From: Candidatus Krumholzibacteriota bacterium
Lineage (GTDB): Bacteria > Krumholzibacteriota > Krumholzibacteriia > JAJRXK01
NCBI GenBank assembly: GCA_963806035.1
Contig: CAWDWO010000036.1
Span: forward strand, 1-64,000
Direction of reading: 5' to 3'
Length of the DNA: 64,000 nt
Below are positions 53,047 to 63,514 of this stretch, piece by piece. Each line of letters begins with the position of its first letter. The first letter of the stretch is position 1. A program made the position numbers and the translations under genes. The notes beneath the pieces are model-generated. The model worked only from the letters and a program-made list of their open reading frames with translations. It ran no database searches and had not been told where the DNA came from.

Positions 53047-54287
53047 GGAAGAACCTCGACTTTGGGGATGGGAACGACGAACGCTCCGCCCCACTCTCGA
53101 ATGAACGCATTCTGCTCGATGATCTCGTCCTTGAGATTCCAGGGCAGGATGAAAAGGTAGTCGGGCTTTCTCTCGGCGATGGCCTCCGGGGCGAGGATGG
53201 GGATGTGCGTGCCCGGCAGATACTTCCCGTGTTTGTGCGGGTTGCGATCCACGGTAAATTCGACGAGATCGGTGCGAATTCCGCAGTAGTTGAGCAGGGT
53301 GTTGCCCTTGCCCGGAGCGCCGTAGCCCGCGACTTTTTTTCCCTCGCGACGCGCCTTGATGAGGAACTCCAGCAGGTCCCGCTTCTGCGCGTGCACTCTC
53401 TCCTGAAATTCCCGATAGGCTCCCAAGCCATCCAGGCCGGCTTTGGATTCCTGCGAGCGGAGCGCTTGAACGCTGTCTTCCTCGGGACGCGCGTCCTTCT
53501 CGTGGCAGGCGTGAACCCGAAGAGAGCCCCCGTGAGTGCCCAACTCCTCGATGTGAAGAGTGCGCAAGCCGTGGGCCTTGAAGATTCTCTCCAGAGCCAA
53601 GAGCGAGAAGTACGAATAGTGCTCGTGATAGATCGTGTCGTACTGATTCTGCTCCATCAGGCGCAAGAGATGCGGGAACTCCAGAGTGATCGTACCGGTA
53701 TCGGCGAGCAAGATCCGCATGCCTTCCACGAAGTCGTTGAGTTCGTGTACCTGCGCGAGCACGTTGTTGCCGACGATCAAATCCGCCTTGCCGCGACTTG
53801 CCGCCAGTTCGGCCGCGAACCTGCTGCCAAAGAATTCGGTGAGCGTCTCCACTCCTCTCTCCCTCGCCTCCACCGCCACGTTCTCGGCCGGATCGACACC
53901 GAGGCAAGGGATCCCCTGTTTGACGAAGTGCTGGAGCAGATAGCCGTCGTTGCTGGCCACCTCCACCACGAGGCTGTTCCGGTTCAATCCCAGGCGTTGC
54001 GTCATCGCCTCGGTGTAACGGCGCGCATGCTCCACCCAGGAAGTGGAATAGGCCGAAAAATAGGCGTAGTCGCGAAAGATCTCGTCCGGAGCCACGACTT
54101 CTTCGAGTTGGACCAGAAAGCACTTCGTGCACACGTAGACCACGAGAGGATAAAAGGGTTCCATCGCGTGGATCTGGTCCACCGAGAGAAAGCTCTCGCA
54201 GGGAGGGGACATCCCCAGATCGACGAAGATCTCGCCGAGGGGTTCTCCACAGGAACGACAGATGGATGCCGCCTTTTTCTCGTTCAC
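53043..54287 (-). CDS. SAM-dependent NDP-sugar C-methyltransferase family protein
   Basis: CRSC...CTKC Zn site, EVASNDGYLL, IYHEH, HGGSLR, GYGAPGKG, LPWN. Confidence 0.88.
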   Translation of the reverse strand: MNEKKAASICRSCGEPLGEIFVDLGMSPPCESFLSVDQIHAMEPFYPLVVYVCTKCFLVQLEEVVAPDEIFRDYAYFSAYSTSWVEHARRYTEAMTQRLGLNRNSLVVEVASNDGYLLQHFVKQGIPCLGVDPAENVAVEARERGVETLTEFFGSRFAAELAASRGKADLIVGNNVLAQVHELNDFVEGMRILLADTGTITLEFPHLLRLMEQNQYDTIYHEHYSYFSLLALERIFKAHGLRTLHIEELGTHGGSLRVHACHEKDARPEEDSVQALRSQESKAGLDGLGAYREFQERVHAQKRDLLEFLIKARREGKKVAGYGAPGKGNTLLNYCGIRTDLVEFTVDRNPHKHGKYLPGTHIPILAPEAIAERKPDYLFILPWNLKDEIIEQNAFIREWGGAFVVPIPKVEVLP

Positions 54288-54297
54288 TTTCAGCTCC

Positions 54298-55347
54298 TCA
54301 ATCGGCCGGGATTGCTTTCTTCGTCCATCGTAATTCCTCGTCCAGATAACCTTCCTTCAACAGCATGCGCACGTGATCGATGCGGTTGTAGGTGGGACCT
54401 TCGAATTCCTCGAGTTTCAGCCCGTGACTCGAGTAGGCATCCAGCAATTCGCGCGCACCCTTGTGCGCATTCCACTTGGGCGTAAAAGCGGGAAGCCGCT
54501 CCTGAATCTTGCTCACGTCCACCTGGTAGTTGCGGGCGTCCGCGGAGGCTCCTTCGGCCAATTCCAGTTCGCAGCCCGGCTGGGCTTCCTTGACGATCTC
54601 CGCCAGCTGGCGAATCCGGTAGTTCTCACCCGGAGGGGCCACGTTGAAAGCTTCGGCTCGAACCGTCTCGCAGGGCGCGGCCAGAACCGCCGCGAAGGCA
54701 CGGGCCATGTCCTCCACGTGAATCAAAGGGCGCCAGGGCGATCCATCGCTCTTGAGGTGCACTTTCCCGGTGGTGAAAGCCCAGGCCGATAGGTTGTTCA
54801 ACACGATGTCGAAACGGAGCCGCGGCGACACCCCATAGGCCGTGGCGAAGCGGAGGAAGGTCGGCGTGAAGGTATCGGTGGCCAGCCCGGCGATCTCCTG
54901 CTCGGCTTTGACTTTCGATTGCGAATAGGGAGTCAGCGGACGCAGCGGCGCATCTTCCTTGGCGGGCCGGTCGTCTCCCGCGCCATAGTTGCTACAGGTG
55001 GACGCGAAAACGAAGCGCCTGACGCCGGCTTCGCGCGCCGCCCTTGCCACTCGCACCGCACCCTCATGGTTGATGGCCCAGGTCAGCTGTGGGTTGAGGT
55101 TGCCCAAAGGATCGTTGGAAAGCGCGGCCAGATGAATGACCGCCTCGACCTGTGTGAAATCCGCGACCTCGGCATCCCGTACGTCTTTCTCCACCGAGGG
55201 GATCTCCAGAGGGTTCTTTCCGTAGCTGCACCTGCGGTAGAGGTCGATGTCCATGCCGTACAGTTCGTGCCCCAGGCTCTGCAGGTGCGGAACCAGCACG
55301 GAGCCGACGTAGCCGCGGTGACCGGTGATCAGGATACGCATTCTCAT
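54298..55347 (-). CDS. NAD-dependent epimerase/dehydratase
   Basis: ITGHRGYVG, HLAALSND, YSQSK (YxxxK), RFATAYG. Confidence 0.88.
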   Translation of the reverse strand: MRMRILITGHRGYVGSVLVPHLQSLGHELYGMDIDLYRRCSYGKNPLEIPSVEKDVRDAEVADFTQVEAVIHLAALSNDPLGNLNPQLTWAINHEGAVRVARAAREAGVRRFVFASTCSNYGAGDDRPAKEDAPLRPLTPYSQSKVKAEQEIAGLATDTFTPTFLRFATAYGVSPRLRFDIVLNNLSAWAFTTGKVHLKSDGSPWRPLIHVEDMARAFAAVLAAPCETVRAEAFNVAPPGENYRIRQLAEIVKEAQPGCELELAEGASADARNYQVDVSKIQERLPAFTPKWNAHKGARELLDAYSSHGLKLEEFEGPTYNRIDHVRMLLKEGYLDEELRWTKKAIPAD

Positions 55348-56546
55348 CTGCTCCCTATTTCTCGCTTCTGGTCCACAAGGCGGGGATGGCAGTTCACCGC
55401 TCCCCGCACCTCGATGCCCGAGCTCACGTAGAAAGTGAGCGCGGGAACCAGGCTGTCGTAGTTGTGCTCCACGTCGTAACGATAGGCGTGGGCGCCGAAG
55501 TAGTAGGTTCCCTGCGCCAGGTGCAGGTCCAAACGGAAAGTACAGCGGTAGACCTCGCCCGGCTCGAGATCGACAGGCGGGTTGCCCATTCTTTCGGTGG
55601 AAGTATTGAAGAGGTTGTATTGACTCTCGTCGAGCAGGTCGAGCACCACGGCGACCTTGGCGCAGGACTCGCGCGCATGCAGCTCGACTTCCACGTCCAC
55701 CGTCTCGCCCGTTTTGAAGTGAACTCCGTCGCCACTGGGTGTGGACAGGCGCACCGAGCGGACTTCCACCGGCCCCTCGCTCGTTCGCCGGTCCCCGCTG
55801 GCTTGAGCGAGATACTCGGAGATGACTTGATCGGAGGGCCCCAGCGCCGCGACCTTGCCCCCAACCAGCAGCATGCTCCGCGAACACAACTCCGCCACTG
55901 CGCGCAGGCTGTGAGACACGAAGAGTACGGTCACGCCGCTGCTCAGGACCTCGCTCATTCTCTGCAGGCACTTTCGTTGGAACACCAAGTCGCCCACACT
56001 CAGGACTTCGTCGACCACCAACACGTCCGGATCGACGTGAGCGGCCACGGAGAACCCGAGGCGGGCGTACATTCCCGAGGAATACCTTTTCACCGGCGTG
56101 TCGAGAAACTCCGCCAAACCGGAAAACTCCACGATCTCGTCGAACTTGGCTTCGATCTCTCGCTTCTTCATCCCCAGAATGGAGCCATTCAGATAGATGT
56201 TCTCGCGGCCGGTGAGGTCGGGATGAAATCCCGCTCCCACCTCGATCAGAGCGGAAAGGGTTCCGTTGACGATCAGCGATCCCTTGGTGGGCACCAGGAT
56301 TCCACTCAGCAGCTTGAGAATCGTCGATTTACCGGCCCCGTTGGGCCCGATGATCCCGAAGGCCTCACCCTTCTTCACTTCCATGCAAACGTCGTCGAGC
56401 GCCCAGAATTCCTCCTTCTTGAGGCCCGTTCCACCCTTGAGAAATTTGCCGGTCAACGCGGGGATGAGGTCTCGCAGGGAATCGTGGATCTCCCCGCGGC
56501 GAAACTTCTTGCTGACGTGGTCCAACTTCAGGGCAATCTCGCTCAT
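55344..56546 (-). CDS. wzt: Polysaccharide ABC exporter ATP-binding subunit with C-terminal carbohydrate-binding domain
   Basis: GPNGAGKST, YSSGMYARL, VDEVLSVGD and a Wzt_C-type tail. Confidence 0.92.
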   Translation of the reverse strand: MSEIALKLDHVSKKFRRGEIHDSLRDLIPALTGKFLKGGTGLKKEEFWALDDVCMEVKKGEAFGIIGPNGAGKSTILKLLSGILVPTKGSLIVNGTLSALIEVGAGFHPDLTGRENIYLNGSILGMKKREIEAKFDEIVEFSGLAEFLDTPVKRYSSGMYARLGFSVAAHVDPDVLVVDEVLSVGDLVFQRKCLQRMSEVLSSGVTVLFVSHSLRAVAELCSRSMLLVGGKVAALGPSDQVISEYLAQASGDRRTSEGPVEVRSVRLSTPSGDGVHFKTGETVDVEVELHARESCAKVAVVLDLLDESQYNLFNTSTERMGNPPVDLEPGEVYRCTFRLDLHLAQGTYYFGAHAYRYDVEHNYDSLVPALTFYVSSGIEVRGAVNCHPRLVDQKREIGSR

Positions 56547-56555
56547 CGCATTCTC

Positions 56556-57350
56556 CTAGATGTTCTCGGCGAATGCCGGCTCGGAGCGCTTGAAGAAGGA
56601 ATATCCGGCGCTGAGGACGACCAGAGCGAACACCGTGCTGTAAAGCACCCAGGCCAATTGTGGCTCCTGGTGCTTCACGATCACCGCGTCGATTCCTTCC
56701 AGAAGCGGCGCCACTGGATTGAGCAAGAGAACTCTCGACCACTTGCCGAAGAGACTCACGTCGTAGAACACGGGCGTGAAGAAAATGGCGAAGGTCAGAA
56801 CGACCTCGACGAGATACTTCACGTCTCGAAAGAAGAGGGCCGAAGCCGAGAGAAAGATTCCCAGTCCCGCGACGAGAATGACCATCAGGAGCATGAGCAC
56901 GGGCACCCACAGCAGGTGTACCGACACCCCCACTCGCACCACGGTCAAGAGAACTAGGAGCACTCCGGATGCTACCGCGAAGTCGAGGAGCTGGGAGAGC
57001 ACCGCGGCCAAGGGAAAGATCTCCTTGGGAAAATAGATCCGCGTCACGAGGTTCGTGTTGGAGATGAGGCTTCCCGTGGCGAAACGCAGAGACGAGACGA
57101 AGAAGGCCCAGGGCACGGCGCGAATCGAGATGGAGGCGATGGCCGCGGTGTCGAAGGGAGTACCCGAGAGCTTGGCCGCGGCGTATTTCACCAGAATCCC
57201 GGCCGACACCACGATCATGGGCATGAATACGGCCCACAGCACTCCCATGATGGACTGCTTGTATTTGACCCTGATCTCGCGCCAGGTGAGGCTGCGCAGG
57301 AGCTCGCGATACCGAAAAAGTTCTCGCAGGTGCTCGAGCATCGAATTCAT
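56556..57350 (-). CDS. wzm: Polysaccharide ABC exporter permease
   Basis: REIRVKYKQSIMGVLW, IYFP, FRD, TPVFY, LNP. Confidence 0.92.
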   Translation of the reverse strand: MNSMLEHLRELFRYRELLRSLTWREIRVKYKQSIMGVLWAVFMPMIVVSAGILVKYAAAKLSGTPFDTAAIASISIRAVPWAFFVSSLRFATGSLISNTNLVTRIYFPKEIFPLAAVLSQLLDFAVASGVLLVLLTVVRVGVSVHLLWVPVLMLLMVILVAGLGIFLSASALFFRDVKYLVEVVLTFAIFFTPVFYDVSLFGKWSRVLLLNPVAPLLEGIDAVIVKHQEPQLAWVLYSTVFALVVLSAGYSFFKRSEPAFAENI

Positions 57351-57436
57351 CTTTCTGGACCGGGAGTCGGGACCTGGTCGGATTGAGACTCCCCTTGTCT
57401 AATTTGCCCCGCCGGCCCCATCGCCAGCGGGGGGAT

Positions 57437-58801
57437 TTACCGCAACGACTGCGCGAACAGACGCTCCAAACGGGCGCGGTAGGCGCTCACCGTGGTGCGT
57501 AAAAACTCACGGCAGTGCTCGTGTTCGCGTTGCAGCCGGTGAAAATTCTCCAAGAGCTTCCCGGCTTCGAACTCTGCGATGTTCTCTGCGTAGGCCGAAA
57601 GACCCAGCTCCCGGGCGAGCGAATCGACCTTGGGATCGTAGGACAGAGGAAGCACCGGCTTTCCCAGTCCCGCGGCCAACAGGAAACCATGGAGGCGGCT
57701 TGCCAGCATGGTCTCGGCACGAGACACCACTTGCAGAAATTCTTCAACCGTTTCCGTGCGCGGAGTCTCCAGCTCCGAACTCAATTCCGGATGTTCGGCT
57801 CTGATCTTCTTGGCGACCCACTCCACGGTCCTGATGTCGGGGTTGTCGCTCGACACCAGCAAGACGTGCTTTCCCTCTTGCAAGATTGCCACCACGAACT
57901 CGCTCAGACCCTCCAGGTAGCGCAGATGGGCTGCTGCGTCGCGGCGCGGCCAGACACTGGGATCGCACCAGGCCATCGGACCCACCGCCACCACATCCTT
58001 CTCACCCTCGATCCAGTGCTGGGGATCGAGTCCGTCGTAGGCAAACGCCAGATCGGGTTCGACCCTCGCATGCTCCACCAGATGGAGCTGAAGCGCGCGC
58101 CGCAGGGAGTTTGCGTCACGAAAACAGACGAAGTCGGCCTGACGAAGCGCAATGCGCGCGAAGAGCCGGCTCACCGAATCCTCCAGGGCGCACACCCCCA
58201 CGCTGAGCACCACGAAGCGCACGCCCACCGAGCGGCAGAGGAGAGACCACTTAGCCAGGGTCCACGGATGACCCCAGGCTCCACCCCATTCGGCGTCCAC
58301 CTGACCACCGCCGGAAACCATCACGAGATCGAAGTCCCTCAGCTTGCGCCGCATGCGCCTCAAGTAGGCCTGGTCATAGTAGATGCGGCGGAGCAACTCC
58401 TCGGCCTGAGGTCCCAACTTGGCCAGAGCGGCTCGAGCCAGCGAGGGGCCGGGAGCGGGCGTATCCGAGCTCTTCGGGGTCGAACTCTCGGAGCCAGACC
58501 CGGCTTCGGACTGTTCGTTCCAGCCCACGGCCACCGAATAGCCGGGGACCACGGAGAAGCCGGAGAGCAGATCGGCCTGGATGTCGTGCCGGATTCGGGT
58601 GTCGGCGGGATTGAGGGAAAAGACGCAAATTTCGGCGCCGGGGCGATAGCGGCGGATCGCCTGGATGACCGCATCCTGGATGGCGGCATCCCCCAGGTTG
58701 CCCCAGCCCGAAGGCGTGAGAAGACCCACGCGTGCGGAGCGTGGTTTGCCACGTTCCACTCGATCCTCTTCGACCGCCATCGGTGCCTCCACCGCGATCA
58801 T
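57437..58801 (-). CDS. Polysaccharide pyruvyl transferase family protein
   Basis: GNLGDAAI, SGGGQ, RDANS, PDLAF, SRLHG, YDPK. Confidence 0.85.
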   Translation of the reverse strand: MIAVEAPMAVEEDRVERGKPRSARVGLLTPSGWGNLGDAAIQDAVIQAIRRYRPGAEICVFSLNPADTRIRHDIQADLLSGFSVVPGYSVAVGWNEQSEAGSGSESSTPKSSDTPAPGPSLARAALAKLGPQAEELLRRIYYDQAYLRRMRRKLRDFDLVMVSGGGQVDAEWGGAWGHPWTLAKWSLLCRSVGVRFVVLSVGVCALEDSVSRLFARIALRQADFVCFRDANSLRRALQLHLVEHARVEPDLAFAYDGLDPQHWIEGEKDVVAVGPMAWCDPSVWPRRDAAAHLRYLEGLSEFVVAILQEGKHVLLVSSDNPDIRTVEWVAKKIRAEHPELSSELETPRTETVEEFLQVVSRAETMLASRLHGFLLAAGLGKPVLPLSYDPKVDSLARELGLSAYAENIAEFEAGKLLENFHRLQREHEHCREFLRTTVSAYRARLERLFAQSLR

Positions 58802-59063
58802 CTCTACTCCCTCGTGGCGTGAAAAACACTAGCAGTCTTGCACGATTTGGACCAGAGATCGATTGCACAGGATTCCTCAAACTCTGGCGTATGGTGGGAT
58901 GATTTCCCGTGATACCCCGGGTTGAAATGCCCCGTGAATTCGAGACGCCCGCGGCTCGGCCCGGAGCTTTCCCATGCCTTCCCCCAAACTGTCATCGGTC
59001 CTCCCCGTCACCCTTGGGCCGGCGGCACTGCTTGACCCCTTGGCGTCCCCGATCTAGCCTCGA

Positions 59064-60662
59064 ATGGAGATGAGTGCGCACGACTCGGATCCCGCTGGAA
59101 GTTCAGGCCCTCCCGCCTCCGGGAGAAGCAAGGGACTGGACCGCCACCTCTTCTTCCTCATCAGCGGTGTCATTCTCTTCACCGTCCTGCTGATCCTACC
59201 CCCACCCTCGGGACTCAAACCGAGCGGCTGGCACACTCTAGCCGTAGCGATCCTCATGGCATACTGGTGGATCAGCGAGGCAATCCCGCTCGCAGTGACC
59301 GCGCTCTTGCCGCTGGTTCTCTTCCCCGCCTTGGGGATCCTTTCCAGCCGGTCCACTGCCCAGAACTACGGTGACCATCTGGTCTTCCTTTTCTTGGGCG
59401 GGTTCATGATCGCGATCGCGATGGAGCGGTGGAACCTGCACCGGCGCATCGCCCTGGGCCTGGTACAGCGGGTCGGCACCAGGCCAGATCGACTGGTGCT
59501 GGGATTCCTTTTGGCCGCGGCTTTTCTCTCGGCCTGGATCTCCAACACCGCCACCACCGTCATGCTCCTGCCCATTGCGATGGCAGTGGTTCGGACCCTG
59601 GCCGAGCACGAACGCGCGAGTGGCGCGGATGAAGAGGATGCTCCCCTGGAGGAAAAGCTCGGCGGCGCACTCATGCTCGCCCTGGCCTACGGAGCGGGCG
59701 TGGGGGGACTGGCCACGTTGGTGGGAACTCCTCCCAACATCGTGCTCGTGGGTCAGGTGAAGACTCTCTTTCCCGAACTCCCGGAGATCTCCTTCGGCAC
59801 CTGGATGCTTTTGGGCGTCCCCGTCTCTGTCGCCATGCTCGCCGCGGCCTACTTCGTCCTCATGCGCTTCGGACCGCAACAACGCCTTTCGAGCAAGGAC
59901 TCCCAGGAGGCGGGCCGTGAAGTCCTGCGAAGGGAACAGCAGAAACTCGGTCCGATGGTATTGGGCGAGAGACTCGTGCTTTCCTGCTTCCTCCTGGCCG
60001 CGATCCTGTGGATCACGCGCAAACCCCTGCCGCTGGGCGCCATCACTCTGCCCGGCTGGTCTCAACTTTTCCCTCACTCCGACTACCTCCAGGACACCAC
60101 GGTGGCCATCGGGGTGGGGATTCTCCTCACCGCCCTGCGGGCCTACCGCGCGCAAGACGGCCGCCGGGTCGCGCTGCTCGACTGGGAGAGCATCCGGACG
60201 CGCAGTCCGTGGGGCATCCTCATCCTCTTCGGCGGGGGATTCGCTCTGGCTCGGGGCTTCGCCGACAGCGGCCTCGCGAGCTGGATCGGAGGAGGACTTC
60301 ACGGCCTGAAGGGTCTGCCCCTGCCGTTGATCATCGCCTTGATCTCGATTCTCGCCATGGCCCTGACCGAAGTCACCAGCAATACCGCGACCGCGATTCT
60401 ACTCATGCCCATCCTGGCCGAAGTCGCACGCAGCATCGGCGCGCCTCCCCTGCTCTTGATGGTGCCGGCCGCCCTGGCCTCTTCGCTCGCCTTCATGTTG
60501 CCGGTGGCCACCCCGCCCAATGCCATCGTCTTCGGCAGCGGATGGATCAGTATCCGCCAGATGGCCCGGCTGGGACTCATTCTGGACTTCTTGGGATTGA
60601 TCGTGGTGACCCTGATGTGCTGGTGGCTGGCTCCACTGGTTCTGGGACCCGGAGCCCACTGA
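59064..60662 (+). CDS. DASS/SLC13 sodium-coupled di/tricarboxylate symporter
   Basis: WISEAIP, WNLHRRIAL, SNTAT, GTPPN, TSNTAT, MLPVATPPNA. Confidence 0.92.
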   Translation: MEMSAHDSDPAGSSGPPASGRSKGLDRHLFFLISGVILFTVLLILPPPSGLKPSGWHTLAVAILMAYWWISEAIPLAVTALLPLVLFPALGILSSRSTAQNYGDHLVFLFLGGFMIAIAMERWNLHRRIALGLVQRVGTRPDRLVLGFLLAAAFLSAWISNTATTVMLLPIAMAVVRTLAEHERASGADEEDAPLEEKLGGALMLALAYGAGVGGLATLVGTPPNIVLVGQVKTLFPELPEISFGTWMLLGVPVSVAMLAAAYFVLMRFGPQQRLSSKDSQEAGREVLRREQQKLGPMVLGERLVLSCFLLAAILWITRKPLPLGAITLPGWSQLFPHSDYLQDTTVAIGVGILLTALRAYRAQDGRRVALLDWESIRTRSPWGILILFGGGFALARGFADSGLASWIGGGLHGLKGLPLPLIIALISILAMALTEVTSNTATAILLMPILAEVARSIGAPPLLLMVPAALASSLAFMLPVATPPNAIVFGSGWISIRQMARLGLILDFLGLIVVTLMCWWLAPLVLGPGAH

Positions 60663-60692
60663 GAATTCCACCCGAGGCGCCGGGAATCTCTT

Positions 60693-61610
60693 CTACTTCT
60701 CGGGATCGCCGCCGCGGATGGCCGTCCGCGCGAAGTTGGGCAGGGCAAAGGCAGCCCGGTGAACCGCCGGATTGTAGTAGCGGCAGCCGCGCGCCAGCTC
60801 GCGCGCGCGCGCCTCGTCGAAGTAGGCGTCGTGCGGACCGTGGTTGCTGGCGTGGGCCCAACTCCAGCAACCGCTCGGATAGGTGGGAATGAAGCCCAGG
60901 TAGAAGTCCACGAAGCGGAAGGCCGCGCTCAATTCCTCTTTGATCCGGCCGACGACCTCCGGGGCGTAGAACGGAGACTCCGTTTGCGCCACCATCACCC
61001 CGCCGGGCTTGAGGCAAGTTGCCACGCTCGCGTAGAACTCGTGGCGGAAGAGATTCACCGCCGGCCCGATGGGATCGGTGCTGTCCACGATCACCAGATC
61101 GTACTCGCCCGGATGCTCCTTTACGTGTGTGACGCCGTCAGCGAACGCCAACTCGACGCGCGGATCGGCCGCCACCTCCTTCACCCAGGGAAAATACTCT
61201 TTGCACACCCGGGTGACTCGCTCGTCGATTTCGCACAGAACGGCGCGCTCGATGCTGGGATGTTTGAGGATTTCGCGCAGACAACCACAGTCGCCGCCGC
61301 CGATCACCAGCACCTTCTTGGGATCTTTGATCCCGCACAAAGGGACGTGCGTGATCATCTCGTGGTACACGAACTCGTCGCGCTCGGTGAGCATGATGAG
61401 ATCGTCCAGAAAGAGGATCCGGCCGAAGAATTCGCTCTCGCAGACCGCGATCTTCTGGTATTCGGACTGTTCTTCATGCAGCAGAGCGGAGACGCGCAAA
61501 CCCAGCCGAACCGCCCCGAATCCTTCCTCGGTATGCCAGCCCTCGGAAAGACCCCCGCGCATCTCGCCGCTCATTTCGATAGGCTCGTCGTGGCGAGAAT
61601 CAGCGCTCAA
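60693..61610 (-). CDS. speE: Spermidine synthase (polyamine aminopropyltransferase)
   Basis: DEFVYHEM, VLVIGGGD, CEID, IVDSTDPIGPA, PTYPSG. Confidence 0.92.
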   Translation of the reverse strand: MSADSRHDEPIEMSGEMRGGLSEGWHTEEGFGAVRLGLRVSALLHEEQSEYQKIAVCESEFFGRILFLDDLIMLTERDEFVYHEMITHVPLCGIKDPKKVLVIGGGDCGCLREILKHPSIERAVLCEIDERVTRVCKEYFPWVKEVAADPRVELAFADGVTHVKEHPGEYDLVIVDSTDPIGPAVNLFRHEFYASVATCLKPGGVMVAQTESPFYAPEVVGRIKEELSAAFRFVDFYLGFIPTYPSGCWSWAHASNHGPHDAYFDEARARELARGCRYYNPAVHRAAFALPNFARTAIRGGDPEK

Positions 61611-61616
61611 CGGGGC

Positions 61617-62066
61617 TCAGACTCCTTGCGCGACACCGGAAGCGGCGATGGGCTGCATCTCCGGCAGCTTCGTGATGACACTGACGTCTTCGGGTAAAAG
61701 CATTCCGTGGCGGTCGAGATCTTCCGGAAGTCCGCGCAAGATTTCCTGCACACGATAGCTCTTTGCCTCGAGGACATGTGCAAGGAACTCGAAGCCCGGC
61801 CTGGGATCGAGCCCGCCGCAGGTGTAGATGTCTACCGCGACGTAGCCTCGTTCCGGCCAGGTATGGATGGAGAGGTGTGATTCGGCAATGACGACCGTAC
61901 CACTCGCACCCTGAGGAGAGAAGGAATGGAAAGTCTCTCCCAACACCGTAGCACCCACCGTCTTGGCCGCGTGGATCATGTAGGCACGCAGCTGATCGAC
62001 ATCATTGAGTGCGCTACCAGTGCAGCCGTAGTACTCGGCAATCAGGTGACGTCCAATGGTCTTCAA
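61617..62066 (-). CDS. speD: S-adenosylmethionine decarboxylase proenzyme
   Basis: GRHLIAE, IAESHLSIHTWPE (E-S autocleavage site), DIYTCG; adjacent to speE. Confidence 0.9.
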   Translation of the reverse strand: MKTIGRHLIAEYYGCTGSALNDVDQLRAYMIHAAKTVGATVLGETFHSFSPQGASGTVVIAESHLSIHTWPERGYVAVDIYTCGGLDPRPGFEFLAHVLEAKSYRVQEILRGLPEDLDRHGMLLPEDVSVITKLPEMQPIAASGVAQGV

Positions 62067-62340
62067 TAATTTTCACTCCGGAGCAAAAAGTGAAGGGCAA
62101 GAAATCCCTCGGGCCGCTCTTCAGCGGGCCCGGACGTGAAGCCACCAATTGGATCGGGAGGAAGGGGACCTCCGGTCGAAATTGGCTCACAAGGCTAGAA
62201 AATGCTTGGGGCAGTGTCAAGGAGCTGCGAGGCCAATTATCAGCAAAATGAGCCCGGCCCAAGGAAGCTTGGGGCCTGAGCCTCGCTGGGCCTATACTGT
62301 GCTCCGGAAATCGTCTCACTACTTCCTCTGGAGGACCCTT

Positions 62341-62731
62341 TTGGAGCTGCGCATCCCCGTCTCGGCCGGCGAGCTGCTGGACAAGATCTCGATCCTGAGC
62401 ATCAAGGAGACGAGGATCTCCGATGGAGGCCAAGCTGGCCAACGTGCGCAAGGAGCTGCGGCTCCTGCAGGACGTGGCCGAGGGTCTTCCGATCGAGGAA
62501 TCGCAGCTCTCCCGCTGGCTCTCCGCCCTGCGCGAGGTCAACGAGTCCCTGTGGGAGATCGAGGACGAGATCCGCGCCTGCGAGGCACGCCGCGAGTTCG
62601 AGGATCCCTTCATCTCCCTCGCGCGCGCCGTGTATCGCAAGAACGACGAGCGCTCGCGGATCAAGAGGGAGATCAACGAAGCGACGGGTTCGGAGATCGT
62701 GGAAGAAAAGTCCTACGTCGACCCCAAATAG
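62341..62731 (+). CDS. DUF6165-like protein; one indel near 62425
   Basis: GGAGG RBS; PVSAGELLDKISIL, then LWEIEDEIR...NDERSRIKREIN...EEKSY in the next frame. Confidence 0.75.
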
Positions 62732-62758
62732 CCAGGACTCTCGCGTGAGCACTCACGC

Positions 62759-63514
62759 ATGAAATTGCTCCTCTACAGCGGTCTGTGGATCTCCGCCATC
62801 GCGGTCGCACTCACCGCCGCGGTCGCCAACGCTCTTGAGGTGGCGCTCCCCGCCGTCCTTTACCTCCTCATCGCCATGGGGAGCTTCACCGTCTACAACT
62901 TCGACCACTTGAAAGGCCTTCGGGCCGATGCCCTGACGAAGCCGCGGCGCGGCCGCTTCGTGCGCAGTCATCGCCAACTTCTGCTTCTGGCCGGCCTCAT
63001 CGCTTTTTTGGGGACTGCCGCCCTCGGTGTGTTGGCGGGCTGGAGGATTGCCTTCCTGCTGCTCTTCGTCTTTTTGCTCTCGTTGGTGCACTACCGCGCG
63101 AAGCGGCTGCCCATGGTCAAGCCACTCTACATCGCCCTGGCCTGGTTGAGCGTGGTGGGGGGAATCCCGACACTCTGGGAGGGTCTGCCGCTCGTGAGAG
63201 TGGCGCGGGATTTTGCGCCAGTGGGTCTGGCCGTCTTTGCCAACGTTTTGGCCTGCGATGCCGCCGACCGCGAGGCCGAGGCTCAGTGGCTCGGACCGAG
63301 GACGGCCTGGAACGCCGCTCTCGTACTCTCGGCGGCCGGCGCCGCCTCCGCGCTACTCTTGAAGGGATCTCCCCGCCTACTGGGCCTCATCCCTCTGCTT
63401 CTGTTCTTCTCTCTTCTCCCGCGGCGTGACGACGAGACCTACGTCGCCACCTTCGTCGACGGATCGCTGCTCGCCGGAGCGCTGCTCGCGCTCTTTTTCA
63501 TGCGAGTGACTTGA
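62759..63514 (+). CDS. UbiA-like integral membrane protein
   Basis: Many TM helices; YNFDH and CDAADREAE acidic motifs. Confidence 0.55.
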   Translation: MKLLLYSGLWISAIAVALTAAVANALEVALPAVLYLLIAMGSFTVYNFDHLKGLRADALTKPRRGRFVRSHRQLLLLAGLIAFLGTAALGVLAGWRIAFLLLFVFLLSLVHYRAKRLPMVKPLYIALAWLSVVGGIPTLWEGLPLVRVARDFAPVGLAVFANVLACDAADREAEAQWLGPRTAWNAALVLSAAGAASALLLKGSPRLLGLIPLLLFFSLLPRRDDETYVATFVDGSLLAGALLALFFMRVT

